From the UHGV virus genome UHGV-0111354: a stretch of DNA of 47,240 bases; one strand, 5' to 3'. The DNA is from a virus. The notes beneath the pieces were generated by a model. That model worked only from the letters and a program-made list of their open reading frames with translations, searched no databases and was not told where the DNA came from. Shown here piece by piece: positions 26,184 through 35,239 of this stretch. Position 1 is the stretch's first letter; each line of letters opens with the position of its first letter. Made by a program: the position numbers and the translations under genes.

Positions 26184-26900
26184 ATGAACGATTTAGTAAA
26201 CACAAAATCGGAACTAACCATGTCTAGCCGCGAGATTGCGACGCTAGTTGAGAAGCGTCACGACAATGTTTGCAGAGACATTCGCTCAATGCTCTGCGCT
26301 CTACATGGTGGTCACGATGAAGATTATGTTCGTAACTCAAATTTGAGTTACGTTACGAATCATGGGGTTACGTGCATTCAGTATGATACCACCAACCCAA
26401 ACGCATGGGAGTACCGGCTGGATAAAGATAACACCATCTGCCTGGTGTCAGGGTATAACGCTCAATTACGAATGAAGATAATCAAGCGTTGGCAAGAGCT
26501 GGAATCACGGGTGAATACACCCGCACTACCACAAAACTATATTCAAGCACTTGAAGCGCTGCTGGAAAGCGAGAAAGAGAAAGAACGTCTTGCACTAGAG
26601 AATGAGGAGATGACACCAAAAGCAGACGTCTACGACCGGATTGTAGAACGCAATGGTCTCTATAACGCCACTCAGATCGCCCAGAAGTTCGGACAATCAG
26701 CGATATGGTTAAACAAACAACTAGCCTCGATGGGCGTCTACAATCGCTCCGTGAAGCGTGGACGTGTATTTCAGCAATGGTTCATCGATAAGGGGTACGG
26801 AATAATGCGTGAGACAGAGAACGGGTTCTCACAACCTATGTTCTATGCCGAAGGTGAAATGTGGATTGTCAGAAAATTATCTGAAGAAGGTTTGATTTAA
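26184..26900 (+). CDS. Rha-family regulatory protein with C-terminal KilAC antirepressor domain
   Basis: The N-terminal MSSREIATLVEKRHDNVCRDIRSM matches the Phage_pRha signature (SSREIAE..GKRHDNVLRDI). C-terminal ATQIAQKFGQSAIWLNKQL...GYG is KilAC-like. Confidence 0.6.
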   Translation: MNDLVNTKSELTMSSREIATLVEKRHDNVCRDIRSMLCALHGGHDEDYVRNSNLSYVTNHGVTCIQYDTTNPNAWEYRLDKDNTICLVSGYNAQLRMKIIKRWQELESRVNTPALPQNYIQALEALLESEKEKERLALENEEMTPKADVYDRIVERNGLYNATQIAQKFGQSAIWLNKQLASMGVYNRSVKRGRVFQQWFIDKGYGIMRETENGFSQPMFYAEGEMWIVRKLSEEGLI

Positions 26901-26914
26901 TCGACAAAATAACT

Positions 26915-26934
26915 AAGGGGCCATCGGGCCCCTT
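26915..26934. terminator. Bidirectional intrinsic terminator AAGGGGCC atcg GGCCCCTT with U-rich flanks on both strands
   Basis: Seen in sequence between the convergent genes 26900 (+) and 26939 (-). Confidence 0.6.
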
Positions 26935-26938
26935 TCAT

Positions 26939-27355
26939 TTAGCTTGCTGGACCCTTTGATGCAGTCCATGAATTGAACTCAAAAATCCACTGGTCATCGG
27001 TAATTGTCTGACCACCACGCCCACGCGGACCATCGTTCACAATCACACCTTCTGTGCCGACAGCAGCATCGAGTGTGCCAATCTGAGTATAGGTCAACTC
27101 GATGTTAGCCTTGCTCAGAAACAGCCCGTTGATATACGCAGAGTCCGCCGAGCCGGGGTTGAGGTTCAGCGTGACACGACGACCCGGGTTGATGCGGTCC
27201 AGACGAATAGCATTACCACCCAGACCACGACGTAATGCAGTGGACGCGTCAATCGGTTCATCGGTGTACGGCGGGTCAGACTCGCCAAAATCAGAAATGA
27301 TGCGGCCATTAATTGTGATGACCGTGTTACTTGTGGAAAAGTTTTCTAATGACAT
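26939..27355 (-). CDS. Tail tube protein
   Basis: 138 aa, immediately downstream of the sheath gene (the classic sheath-tube pair). Beta-rich. Confidence 0.5.
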   Translation of the reverse strand: MSLENFSTSNTVITINGRIISDFGESDPPYTDEPIDASTALRRGLGGNAIRLDRINPGRRVTLNLNPGSADSAYINGLFLSKANIELTYTQIGTLDAAVGTEGVIVNDGPRGRGGQTITDDQWIFEFNSWTASKGPAS

Positions 27356-27368
27356 CGGTCATTCTCCA

Positions 27369-28502
27369 TTAATAAACGTCAACGGTGACGTCACAGATGC
27401 GGATGCTACCAGCTTTGAACACGCGGATGTTAATCGGTGCGGACTTACGCGCCGCGCGGTCAGAATCGGACAGGTCGAGAATGTCCGTCGCTTTGGTCAG
27501 CACTTCGAAGCCATCGGTGTACGCTTCCAGACCGGTGTCAGGGCTGGTGTAATTGCGCGGACCGAGATAGCGGTTGCGAATGTACTGTTTACCGACACGT
27601 TTAGCCGCACCGATGAGCGCTTCCTGACCGACCGGAGTCTGCGGAAGTTTGGTGGTCTGGTTAACGATAGTGTTGTACAGTTCCACGCGCAGAGAGTTCA
27701 CAAAGGCGTCCAAATCGACGATATCGGAAATAGACTCACCGTAGGTACTGTGTGACCACGTCTGCAACCAGCGACCGCTGTCGGTGCTGCCCTGCAGGTC
27801 GAGCACGCTGTAGAATGCACAACGTTTGGCGACCATCGCGTTCTGTTCGGTGTCGGACAGGTCTTCGGCAGCAACACCCGGAGATTTTTTAAACTCAGTG
27901 TCAATAGTGCTATTGTCAGCACTGTAATTGACCGAGGCAGAATGCTTGATGAGCGCATAGGCCGCATACGGGTCGGTTGCGTGAGCCACGGTGAATGCGT
28001 GACGATAGCCCAGCGTGTTCAGCTGTGAACAGATGTCATCGCTGGCGTCCGGGTTGCGAATTTTAACCACAGCCTCACCGGTCTGGCTGTTCGGGAACAT
28101 GACACTGTTCTCTTCACACCAGGATGCGATCGACAATACGTCTGCCTCTGTTGCCAGCACGTCTTTGGTGAAAAGCGTCCAGTACCAGTAATGCTTATCG
28201 AACGCCTTAGCCAGCGTCGCTTTGATATCGGCATCATCGTCCGCGGTAGCCCACACGGTAAGTTTCGGTACCGCGGGGGTAGAGCCGAGGAATTTGGCAC
28301 CGGCCTTGTACGTCTCGGTCGTGGGGGCAAAGTCAGCGGCGAGAGAAGAAGTGGAATAGTAGGTACGAACCGTGTCTTTGGTGAAACTGCTCGGGAGTTC
28401 GGAGTTTTTAGCAAACAGCATCGCGGAAGCGAAATTTGCCGTACTCAATCCCGCCGGAGAAATCCGGGTTGTGATTGGGATGATTTGTTCAATTGGAAAC
28501 AT
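27369..28502 (-). CDS. Contractile tail sheath protein (small, 377 aa)
   Basis: Position and size. Followed by the tube and chaperone/TMP genes. Mu/P2-like tail gene order. Confidence 0.5.
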   Translation of the reverse strand: MFPIEQIIPITTRISPAGLSTANFASAMLFAKNSELPSSFTKDTVRTYYSTSSLAADFAPTTETYKAGAKFLGSTPAVPKLTVWATADDDADIKATLAKAFDKHYWYWTLFTKDVLATEADVLSIASWCEENSVMFPNSQTGEAVVKIRNPDASDDICSQLNTLGYRHAFTVAHATDPYAAYALIKHSASVNYSADNSTIDTEFKKSPGVAAEDLSDTEQNAMVAKRCAFYSVLDLQGSTDSGRWLQTWSHSTYGESISDIVDLDAFVNSLRVELYNTIVNQTTKLPQTPVGQEALIGAAKRVGKQYIRNRYLGPRNYTSPDTGLEAYTDGFEVLTKATDILDLSDSDRAARKSAPINIRVFKAGSIRICDVTVDVY

Positions 28503-28544
28503 GTTTACGAGTCCTCGTAAGTTACAGTGTGCACACGTTGACCA

Positions 28545-29126
28545 TTATATCGAAATTTCACCGGATTGATAGTTCACACCGGGTTCGGTATCAACATATC
28601 TTAACTGAAGCGTACCGTTTTCGAAATATACCTGGTCCATACCCTCACCAATGGTGAAAGGAACGTGCAGGATGTTATTCACTGTCACCGTATTCACCGC
28701 TTCGTAAAGCAGTTTAACGATGATTTGCGCACGCTGTTCGAAGTTGCTCGCCTGCAGCGCTGTCAGGTTGTTAACCGGTTCGGTCCCACCCCATCCGATA
28801 CCAGCTTTCCACAGGGGCCAGCACACGTCCGGGCGCTTGTGACATTCCTTCAGCATTTCGGCGTACCGCATTGCTTCACCGCGGAAGAAATTAATTTCAC
28901 AGGTTGCGACAATCTGCGCGCGAATTTCATACACGATGGTGTCATTTGCGCCATCGGTCATGATGATGTTCGCCTGACCGCGTTCACGGATGCTCTGACG
29001 TGGCCGCACAGACGCGTATGGGCCGTCCGGAGACGGTCCGTTGGGGTCGGCAAGGATACACTCGCTGACGCCCGTCACGTTGAGTATATGCGGTCTGAGA
29101 GCTGCAAAGATTTCATTGTTGGTCAT
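28545..29126 (-). CDS. Neck/tail completion protein (unassigned)
   Basis: 193-aa ORF between the head-module boundary and the sheath. Confidence 0.3.
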   Translation of the reverse strand: MTNNEIFAALRPHILNVTGVSECILADPNGPSPDGPYASVRPRQSIRERGQANIIMTDGANDTIVYEIRAQIVATCEINFFRGEAMRYAEMLKECHKRPDVCWPLWKAGIGWGGTEPVNNLTALQASNFEQRAQIIVKLLYEAVNTVTVNNILHVPFTIGEGMDQVYFENGTLQLRYVDTEPGVNYQSGEISI

Positions 29127-29466
29127 AGCGGTCCACGATTACCTTACAGTATTTGCGCCACGGGCGATTATCGGTACGAATCACTTTCCAGCGCTGACCC
29201 AGGAATACCCATTCACCATCGAGTGCGATTGAGTCAAGGTCACCATTGTTAACGTATATTTTACGCGGGTCAACGATGCGCTGACCGCCCTGACGCAGAA
29301 AATCAATTTCCTTGTCGCTCAGTGGTTGAATGTTCACCGTGAATGCAACCGGTCCGGATGTCGAGGTGACCCAGATGCCGTCCACGTATGAGCCAGATTT
29401 ACCCACATGTGTCGCCGGTACAGATTTAAACACGTTGTCAATATGACCACGCATTGACAGACTCAT
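29113..29466 (-). CDS. Head-tail joining/neck protein (unassigned)
   Basis: 117-aa ORF, overlapping its neighbours. Confidence 0.3.
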   Translation of the reverse strand: MSLSMRGHIDNVFKSVPATHVGKSGSYVDGIWVTSTSGPVAFTVNIQPLSDKEIDFLRQGGQRIVDPRKIYVNNGDLDSIALDGEWVFLGQRWKVIRTDNRPWRKYCKVIVDRYDQQ

Positions 29467-29966
29467 AAGATACCCTCGTCAGGTTTTTCGTTGCTGACCT
29501 TGTACGTTACGCTTGCGCGTAGTGCACCGGTGTCGATAAGTGGATTGTCCGAACCTTTCTGTTCGATTGTGTAATCGCTGTTCGGTGGCGTGCGAAGGTC
29601 AGTCATGTACTGCTGCACCGCACCGGCTGCGAATGCGCCCACTTGTTCAAGTACCTGGTCAAGCGGTAAATCATTAGCCACGCCATGAGCGATGGTGTCC
29701 ACGATATCCTGTTTACCACTCTGTACACCGGGTATCAGCCAGGGGCGCGGCGGGATGGGTGCGGGATTACCGTACAATTTGTTATTCGGGTTACCGTAAT
29801 TCAGTAATGCACCAAGCTGGGCATTTGTCATACCGGAGTCATGATGCTCACCTGCGTCCGAATGGATGCCGACAGTCACAGTCTTCTGACTGACTTTAGC
29901 GTATTGCTCCAGTTTCGAACGTATTGCCTGTTTGGCTTGCTGCAGCGCTTTGATGTTGACTGACAT
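29463..29966 (-). CDS. Head-tail connector/virion morphogenesis protein (unassigned)
   Basis: 167-aa ORF. First gene downstream (minus strand) of repeat copy 1. Confidence 0.3.
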   Translation of the reverse strand: MSVNIKALQQAKQAIRSKLEQYAKVSQKTVTVGIHSDAGEHHDSGMTNAQLGALLNYGNPNNKLYGNPAPIPPRPWLIPGVQSGKQDIVDTIAHGVANDLPLDQVLEQVGAFAAGAVQQYMTDLRTPPNSDYTIEQKGSDNPLIDTGALRASVTYKVSNEKPDEGIL

Positions 29967-30015
29967 AGTGTACCCTCGTTTGTCAAGACATTATCACACA
30001 ACGTTGCGCCAGTAT

Positions 30016-30313
30016 CCACATACCCCGTTAAAACTCGTTCGGGGTACTTCAACGGGGTATCAAAAACTCTTTAACTTTCAGTACTATACTACTTATTACC
30101 CTTATACCCTTATAAAATAGTAATTAGTAGTAATAGAAAGTATATAATATATAATATAAATGTAGTATAATACATAATGTATACTTTATAGGGTTTATAA
30201 GAAGGAAGAAGGGAAGAATGTACGGGGTTTTCGGTTATGCTCGTAAGCTGCTGATTGTGAAAGTAAATTCGCCACCCCTATGCCTCGTGTATTTCGGGGT
30301 AAAATGAGGTATT
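30016..30313. repeat. 298-bp direct repeat, copy 1 (identical to 44110-44407): 10-bp inverted repeat ATACCCCGTT/AACGGGGTAT, CGGGGTA iterons, about 150-bp AT-rich core
   Basis: Seen in sequence. Base-by-base comparison of the two copies shows identity over 298 bp. Boundaries come from the flanking mismatches. Confidence 0.9.
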
Positions 30314-30345
30314 GACGAATCCGTCAATCACTGATACACTCATTC
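30312..30345 (+). promoter_or_regulatory. Promoter TTGACGaatcCGTCAA-17-TACACT upstream of the GTG-start gene at 30372
   Basis: Seen in sequence. The palindrome overlaps the -35. RBS GAGGGG. Confidence 0.45.
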
Positions 30346-30371
30346 CATAAATTACAGAGGGGATTTCACCA

Positions 30372-31010
30372 GTGACTAGTGACCTGATTCTATTATTTCT
30401 GTCAGTAAATCCTGACTCCACTTTTAATGAGATGACAAAGTGCATGAGTATCAACGTGGGGTCAGCTTACTCAACGGTTAGTAATCTTAAAAAGTATGGC
30501 AATATCGTATCGACGTCTGAGAGGCCACGGCGGTACAGTATCACGAAAGAATTTACCGCAAAAAGTGAAGTATACGATGAGTACGTTCACCGGGTTATTG
30601 CGGCGGGTGCCAGCACTGTGGAAAGTGTTGTCAAAGTTAGCGGACTGTCATCTTACAGGGTTGCATTGTCCATCAGAAGACTGAAGAATTTGAACAAAAT
30701 ATCAACGATTACCGGTATGGGAATCACGTTGAATGAATTACCTGTTGACTTAAAACTAAAACCCTGGACAACAAAAGAAATGCAAACGCTGGAAGATTTA
30801 GCGGGGAGGGTACCAATCTCTGAGATTTGTGAGACATTGGGCAGAACACGAAACAGTATTCAGATGAAGTGTCATTTGCTTGGGTTGTCACTGGTAACGC
30901 ATACGTGCAGGAAAGGACACCGCATGGTCGAACGGAAAACTGGAAAATGGGTTTGCAATGAATGTCACTCCCAGGCGGAAAGATTGAGACGTGTGGTCAA
31001 TAAAGCATAA
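30372..31010 (+). CDS. Putative DNA-binding regulator (winged-helix-like N-terminus + C-terminal C4 zinc ribbon)
   Basis: 212 aa, GTG start. C-terminal CRKGHRMVERKTGKWVCNECH. Divergent from the neck operon. Confidence 0.35.
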   Translation: MTSDLILLFLSVNPDSTFNEMTKCMSINVGSAYSTVSNLKKYGNIVSTSERPRRYSITKEFTAKSEVYDEYVHRVIAAGASTVESVVKVSGLSSYRVALSIRRLKNLNKISTITGMGITLNELPVDLKLKPWTTKEMQTLEDLAGRVPISEICETLGRTRNSIQMKCHLLGLSLVTHTCRKGHRMVERKTGKWVCNECHSQAERLRRVVNKA

Positions 31011-31245
31011 GTCCGGAACCACCCTGTTCGTGACCACAAGTCGCATTACAGCGGTGAATCGTAGAGAAATGGGGTGGAGAGTCACCAGTATGCTAACAAA
31101 ACACTATCGTAGATTCTTCATTATCAGAGGTATCGTGGTTGAGGATGAAGGTTATTTATGTGCTGACAAGGTCATCATGAAGTATTACGGTCGTCACTAC
31201 GCCGGGAGGATTGGTGAATAAAGCCCCGTGAGGGGCTCATATTAA

Positions 31246-31875
31246 TTAGTTCGATGCAATAATGCCAGAGGCGCGCAGCTGGGTAAGCAGGTCATTTAAT
31301 TTTGTCGCAACCACGTTAACAGCCGTGGTTGCCGAGGTAGCCACGGAAGCTGCTTCATCTCCCGATACCGTCTGTGATCCGACATTGGAGACCGCTGAGC
31401 CTTGCGTAAACTTATCACCAGCCATCGCCGTTGATGCGGTTGTACCAATGACCAGACTCGAAGTGCCCGCACCAATTGCGGTACGTGCTGCGGCGGCGTT
31501 CGCACCTGCGGCGATAACAGCAGGTTTCCCGGTAATATTACCCCACGCCACAGAGCCGCCACTTGAAGGGGTCACGGTTCCCATCATCTGAATCATTGTG
31601 TTGTTATGGATGATTGGCGCACCCAATGGTTGAATGTCATTAGTCATGACAGCTGTTACAGCGTCAGCCAGACCCCGTGGGTCTACACCGACAACAGCTC
31701 GATAATCTTCAGAGATGTACCCGCTTACCGGCTCACCTGTGACAACCACCTGTCGAGGCGCACCACCTTGGATGAATATCTCACCAAGTGGCGTTTTACC
31801 TGTTGCAGCATTGACGAGTGCAACGAGTTCGCTAACTGTATTAGCAGAAAGAACTTCGTAAGTTGTTACCGACAT
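31246..31875 (-). CDS. Ala/Gly/Thr-rich virion protein (head fibre/decoration or connector candidate)
   Basis: 209-aa ORF. Low-complexity A/G/T/S C-terminal half. Confidence 0.3.
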   Translation of the reverse strand: MSVTTYEVLSANTVSELVALVNAATGKTPLGEIFIQGGAPRQVVVTGEPVSGYISEDYRAVVGVDPRGLADAVTAVMTNDIQPLGAPIIHNNTMIQMMGTVTPSSGGSVAWGNITGKPAVIAAGANAAAARTAIGAGTSSLVIGTTASTAMAGDKFTQGSAVSNVGSQTVSGDEAASVATSATTAVNVVATKLNDLLTQLRASGIIASN

Positions 31876-32038
31876 TTAATTACCTCATATGGCTAATGCG
31901 CCCATACCGACGCGTTTGCATTTTAACACAGTGAGTGTTACAGTCTCCACACGGGCAACATTAAAGTTACGGATGTAGCGCCTTCATAGGTTGGCCCGCC
32001 CGGTATCATTTAACCCCACAGATACCGGATTCACAGAA

Positions 32039-32953
32039 ATGGCCGCACGCATTCCACAAGAAGTAAGAGAGCAACAAATCGCTGAACTTTGCGAGGGAAC
32101 CATTTACTCTTTTGTCAGGTGGCAGGGTAAGTTCAAAGGTGTTAGGTCAAAATTCACATATATGTGTGAAAAGCATGGTGAACAAACCGGTAGAGTTGGG
32201 CAATTCATAAACGGTACCAGATGTCTGATGTGCGGCGTAAGTAAACGAATGTTCAGCCGAGAAGAAAGACAAGATCAATTCGAAACGGAACTGCAAAACA
32301 CTACCTATAGTTTCACCAGGTGGTCATATTACGACGGTAAGAATACAAGTAGAGTCGTTTTCAACTGTCAAAGACATGGGGAATGGGAAACATCTGTCAG
32401 GTCATTTGTCGGGGGTTCCCGGTGTCCAAAATGTTCCAAAGAGACATCGTCGGAAAAGCAAAGATTTGACGTACGGAAACGAACTGAGCAGATTATTAAG
32501 ATGTGTGAAGATTCCGGGTACATATTCGAGGGTTGGTGTGATAATTACCGCAATGCCAATAGTACTTTCAATTGTAGATGTGGGGAACATGGTGTGTGGA
32601 AGGTTGGATTCTCCGCTTTTAAACACGGTACGCGTTGTCCAAGTTGTGCTAAGACAGGGTTTAATCCCGATAAACCAGCGTGGCTATACTGTCTGATTTC
32701 AGAAGACAACTTGTTGAAAGTCGGTATCACCAACAATATCGAAACCAGAATTTCACAGTTAAGAATTTATACTCCGTTCAGTTTCGAAGTTTTGGAAAAG
32801 TTTAAAAATGTTGATGGTCACTTAATTCGAGAATTGGAAAAACAAATGCATTTACAATTTGAGAGTGCAAATCTGAAAGGGTTTCAGGGGTGTACCGAAT
32901 GGTTAAAGTGGAACCCAAAGATTCCACTATGGTTTAGATTTTTAAACGGCTAA
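32039..32953 (+). CDS. Homing-endonuclease-like protein: three zinc-ribbon repeats + C-terminal T5orf172/MUG113 (GIY-YIG-like) domain; ORF open from TTG at 31991
   Basis: Repeats [73 protein letters not shown]-terminal [28 protein letters not shown] is a T5orf172-like motif. Confidence 0.55.
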   Translation: MAARIPQEVREQQIAELCEGTIYSFVRWQGKFKGVRSKFTYMCEKHGEQTGRVGQFINGTRCLMCGVSKRMFSREERQDQFETELQNTTYSFTRWSYYDGKNTSRVVFNCQRHGEWETSVRSFVGGSRCPKCSKETSSEKQRFDVRKRTEQIIKMCEDSGYIFEGWCDNYRNANSTFNCRCGEHGVWKVGFSAFKHGTRCPSCAKTGFNPDKPAWLYCLISEDNLLKVGITNNIETRISQLRIYTPFSFEVLEKFKNVDGHLIRELEKQMHLQFESANLKGFQGCTEWLKWNPKIPLWFRFLNG

Positions 32954-33361
32954 AGCGCCCATTCCGATTTTTTTACGTAGTGAATAGAACTCCTGCCCGA
33001 ATATAGTATAGGTAAGGAAGTCATTGTTAACCTCCATCATTTGGGGAACTCGATATGCAATTGATTCATCTCCCACGGATTTCGAAGCAACGTTTAATCT
33101 TGCTTCCGTGTTCACATCTCCCCCCATACCGTCTGGATAATACATTGCTAGCCAGGCCGCAGTATAGAGAAACATTCCGGTCATCTTATTAGAATGACAG
33201 TCCGGTTGATATTCTCCCCATCGACGGGAACCAGTTGCAACGTCCCCACGACAAAGGGCGTATTGAAGTAATGCATCCGGGAATTTAACTGTATCCTCGA
33301 AAATACCCATTCCACCCTGCCAGATGCGAAAATCTGCGATGACTTCGGCGGTGATGTGCAT
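32942..33361 (-). CDS. Hypothetical protein
   Basis: 139-aa ORF in the head module. No motifs recognised. Confidence 0.3.
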   Translation of the reverse strand: MHITAEVIADFRIWQGGMGIFEDTVKFPDALLQYALCRGDVATGSRRWGEYQPDCHSNKMTGMFLYTAAWLAMYYPDGMGGDVNTEARLNVASKSVGDESIAYRVPQMMEVNNDFLTYTIFGQEFYSLRKKIGMGALAV

Positions 33362-33381
33362 GTTATATACCCGTGTGTTAA

Positions 33382-33699
33382 TTAGGAGGCGGTTTTTACT
33401 GCCTCAATTTCTTGTTGAAGACGTGACTTCTTCCAGCGTGTATCAACTTTGATGCCCAGTTCTTCGGCTTCTGCACGAAGTTTGTCAATAGTCACATCGT
33501 TGGCGTCTGAGTCAGGGTTGACCAGTTCACCACTTGTGACGACCAGTTCACCTGCGTCCTGATATGCACTGACCAGACTGTAAATTGCCGGAGTAAGTTC
33601 GAACGCTTTCGAATCACCCGGTGCCAGCATGCGTTCCATCACATCTTCTTCACCCGGCATCATGAACGGGCGCACGGAAATATTTTTTACAGTAATCAT
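33382..33699 (-). CDS. Hypothetical protein
   Basis: 105-aa ORF, acidic C-terminus, with a hairpin after the stop. Confidence 0.3.
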   Translation of the reverse strand: MITVKNISVRPFMMPGEEDVMERMLAPGDSKAFELTPAIYSLVSAYQDAGELVVTSGELVNPDSDANDVTIDKLRAEAEELGIKVDTRWKKSRLQQEIEAVKTAS

Positions 33700-33731
33700 A
33701 AATCACCTTTAGTTGCAATACTTACCCGTTG

Positions 33732-35129
33732 TCATTTTACCCACAACAGCTTGTCCTGTCCAGAATCGTAGATACGCGAGACACCTTCTGATTCGTACCA
33801 TTGCGTCTGCGTCATTCCATCCGGTGCACGGTTCCACTTCTCACGCGATTCGGTTGTGCAACCATTTACAATCCTGAACCCCACTGTCGTGGTTGAAAGT
33901 GTGAAACCAGCATTAATATAACTGGAACCGCTGAACAAATCCCTGTCAACGTATGAATAGGCGCGGTTAATGTTGTTAACCGTGGTAGCATGTTTCCACA
34001 GGCGGGACAGTCCACCCGGAACATTACACGCGGTTGCATATCGTACCAGTTCCCACTCATTCTTTTTCTGCCAGTTTGTCAGACTGATTACGGCGACTAA
34101 GGTATCATCGTGTTGCAGACCATAATGCGCGGTCGCACCCCGGAAACCCTGTACGTGGTGTTTCTCCATGAACGCCTTCGCTTCAGACGTCGAAACTTCC
34201 ACAATGTTACATTTTCGGGCAAACACTTTGTCGGATGTCACGCCGAGTGCGTTGCGAATGATATTTTCCACCTGTTCGCGGCGCTCATTCCAGACATCCT
34301 CGCGAATGCTTATCAGACGGTATCCTGCTGCTTCCACGCGATGACGCTTGGTAATGTGATACCTCTTATCCTTCGTGCGCTCATCGTGCCAGTACAGACC
34401 GTTAAATTCGATTGCCAGATTGTGTGACGGCACTACAACATCAAGTTCCAGCGGTCCAATGATTGTACGGTCGGATTGTACCGCATCGGGACAAATGGAA
34501 CGGACGAAGTTGAAGACTTCTGTTTCGGCTTTTGATACTCCCGAGTTGGAGCACTTAGGACAACCTGACCCCTGCCTCACGTGAACATCCGCCAGTTGTT
34601 CGAAAACTCCGTGTACCGGGCAACGTATGGAGACTGTCTGGTCAATCCTCAAATAATTCGTATCTGTGTAGTCATATTTGTCTCCGTGTTTGACTCTTGC
34701 CTTTTTTACCCATTCATCTTTTGACATTTTGCCGCCGCGATTACAGGCGGGACAGCCCGATCCGCGTAGATGTATTTTTATACTCTGATTGAACTCCCCG
34801 TGATCGGGACAGATTGCTGTCAGTGACTTTGAGTTTACGCCCGCGATGCGGTACTGATATCTGCCGGAGTGTATTATCATCGCTTTCCGTATTACTTCAT
34901 CGATTGGGGTACTACGCTTGGAAGCAGAGCGCTTGTCTCCACACTTGGGACACCCGATTCCAGCGAGATGACTGTATGCTTTCTGCTGGAATACCCCGTG
35001 CTCGGGACAGATTATCGACACCGTATCATGCACTTTACCGAAGAAAACGTGGGAATAATCATACTTACCTCCGTGTTTCTGAGACGCCCTCTGTTTGAAA
35101 ATATCAACCGTTACTCTGACTCGTTTCAC
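33732..35129 (-). CDS. Homing-endonuclease-like protein: three zinc-ribbon repeats + Vsr/DUF559-like PD-(D/E)XK endonuclease domain + C-terminal domain of unknown function
   Basis: Repeats CPEHGVFQQKAYSHLAGIGCPKCG, CPDHGEFNQSIKIHLRGSGCPAC, CPVHGVFEQLADVHVRQGSGCPKC. GPLELDVVVPSHNLAIEFNGLYWH is Vsr/DUF559-like. Inserted just after the capsid-gene terminator. Confidence 0.55.
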   Translation of the reverse strand: MKRVRVTVDIFKQRASQKHGGKYDYSHVFFGKVHDTVSIICPEHGVFQQKAYSHLAGIGCPKCGDKRSASKRSTPIDEVIRKAMIIHSGRYQYRIAGVNSKSLTAICPDHGEFNQSIKIHLRGSGCPACNRGGKMSKDEWVKKARVKHGDKYDYTDTNYLRIDQTVSIRCPVHGVFEQLADVHVRQGSGCPKCSNSGVSKAETEVFNFVRSICPDAVQSDRTIIGPLELDVVVPSHNLAIEFNGLYWHDERTKDKRYHITKRHRVEAAGYRLISIREDVWNERREQVENIIRNALGVTSDKVFARKCNIVEVSTSEAKAFMEKHHVQGFRGATAHYGLQHDDTLVAVISLTNWQKKNEWELVRYATACNVPGGLSRLWKHATTVNNINRAYSYVDRDLFSGSSYINAGFTLSTTTVGFRIVNGCTTESREKWNRAPDGMTQTQWYESEGVSRIYDSGQDKLLWVK

Positions 35130-35197
35130 TGTGCGACCCTCTTTTTGTGTTTGTACCGATACTACATGTTTTATATTCCGGCGTCAACGCAAAAGAA

Positions 35198-35217
35198 AAG
35201 CCCTCCGAAGAGGGCTT
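35198..35217 (-). terminator. Intrinsic terminator after the major capsid gene: AAGCCCTC cgaa GAGGGCTT + TTTCTTTTG on the minus strand
   Basis: Seen in sequence, 20 nt downstream of the capsid stop. Confidence 0.65.
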
Positions 35218-35239
35218 GGGATGTCGCTGAGGGTAGGTA

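Noticed and set aside
30061-30215. AT-rich repetitive core of the 298-bp repeat as a possible CRISPR array or tandem iteron array
   Set aside because: No regularly spaced direct repeats with unique spacers. The repeats are short irregular TATAAT/TAGTA words. More consistent with an AT-rich UP/origin-like region than a CRISPR array.
30218-30307. 29-codon ORF (MYGVFGYARKLLIVKVNSPPLCLVYFGVK) inside the 298-bp repeat, present in both copies
   Set aside because: Very short, no RBS, and lies in a regulatory repeat. Probably not a gene, although its duplication in both copies is a consequence of the repeat.
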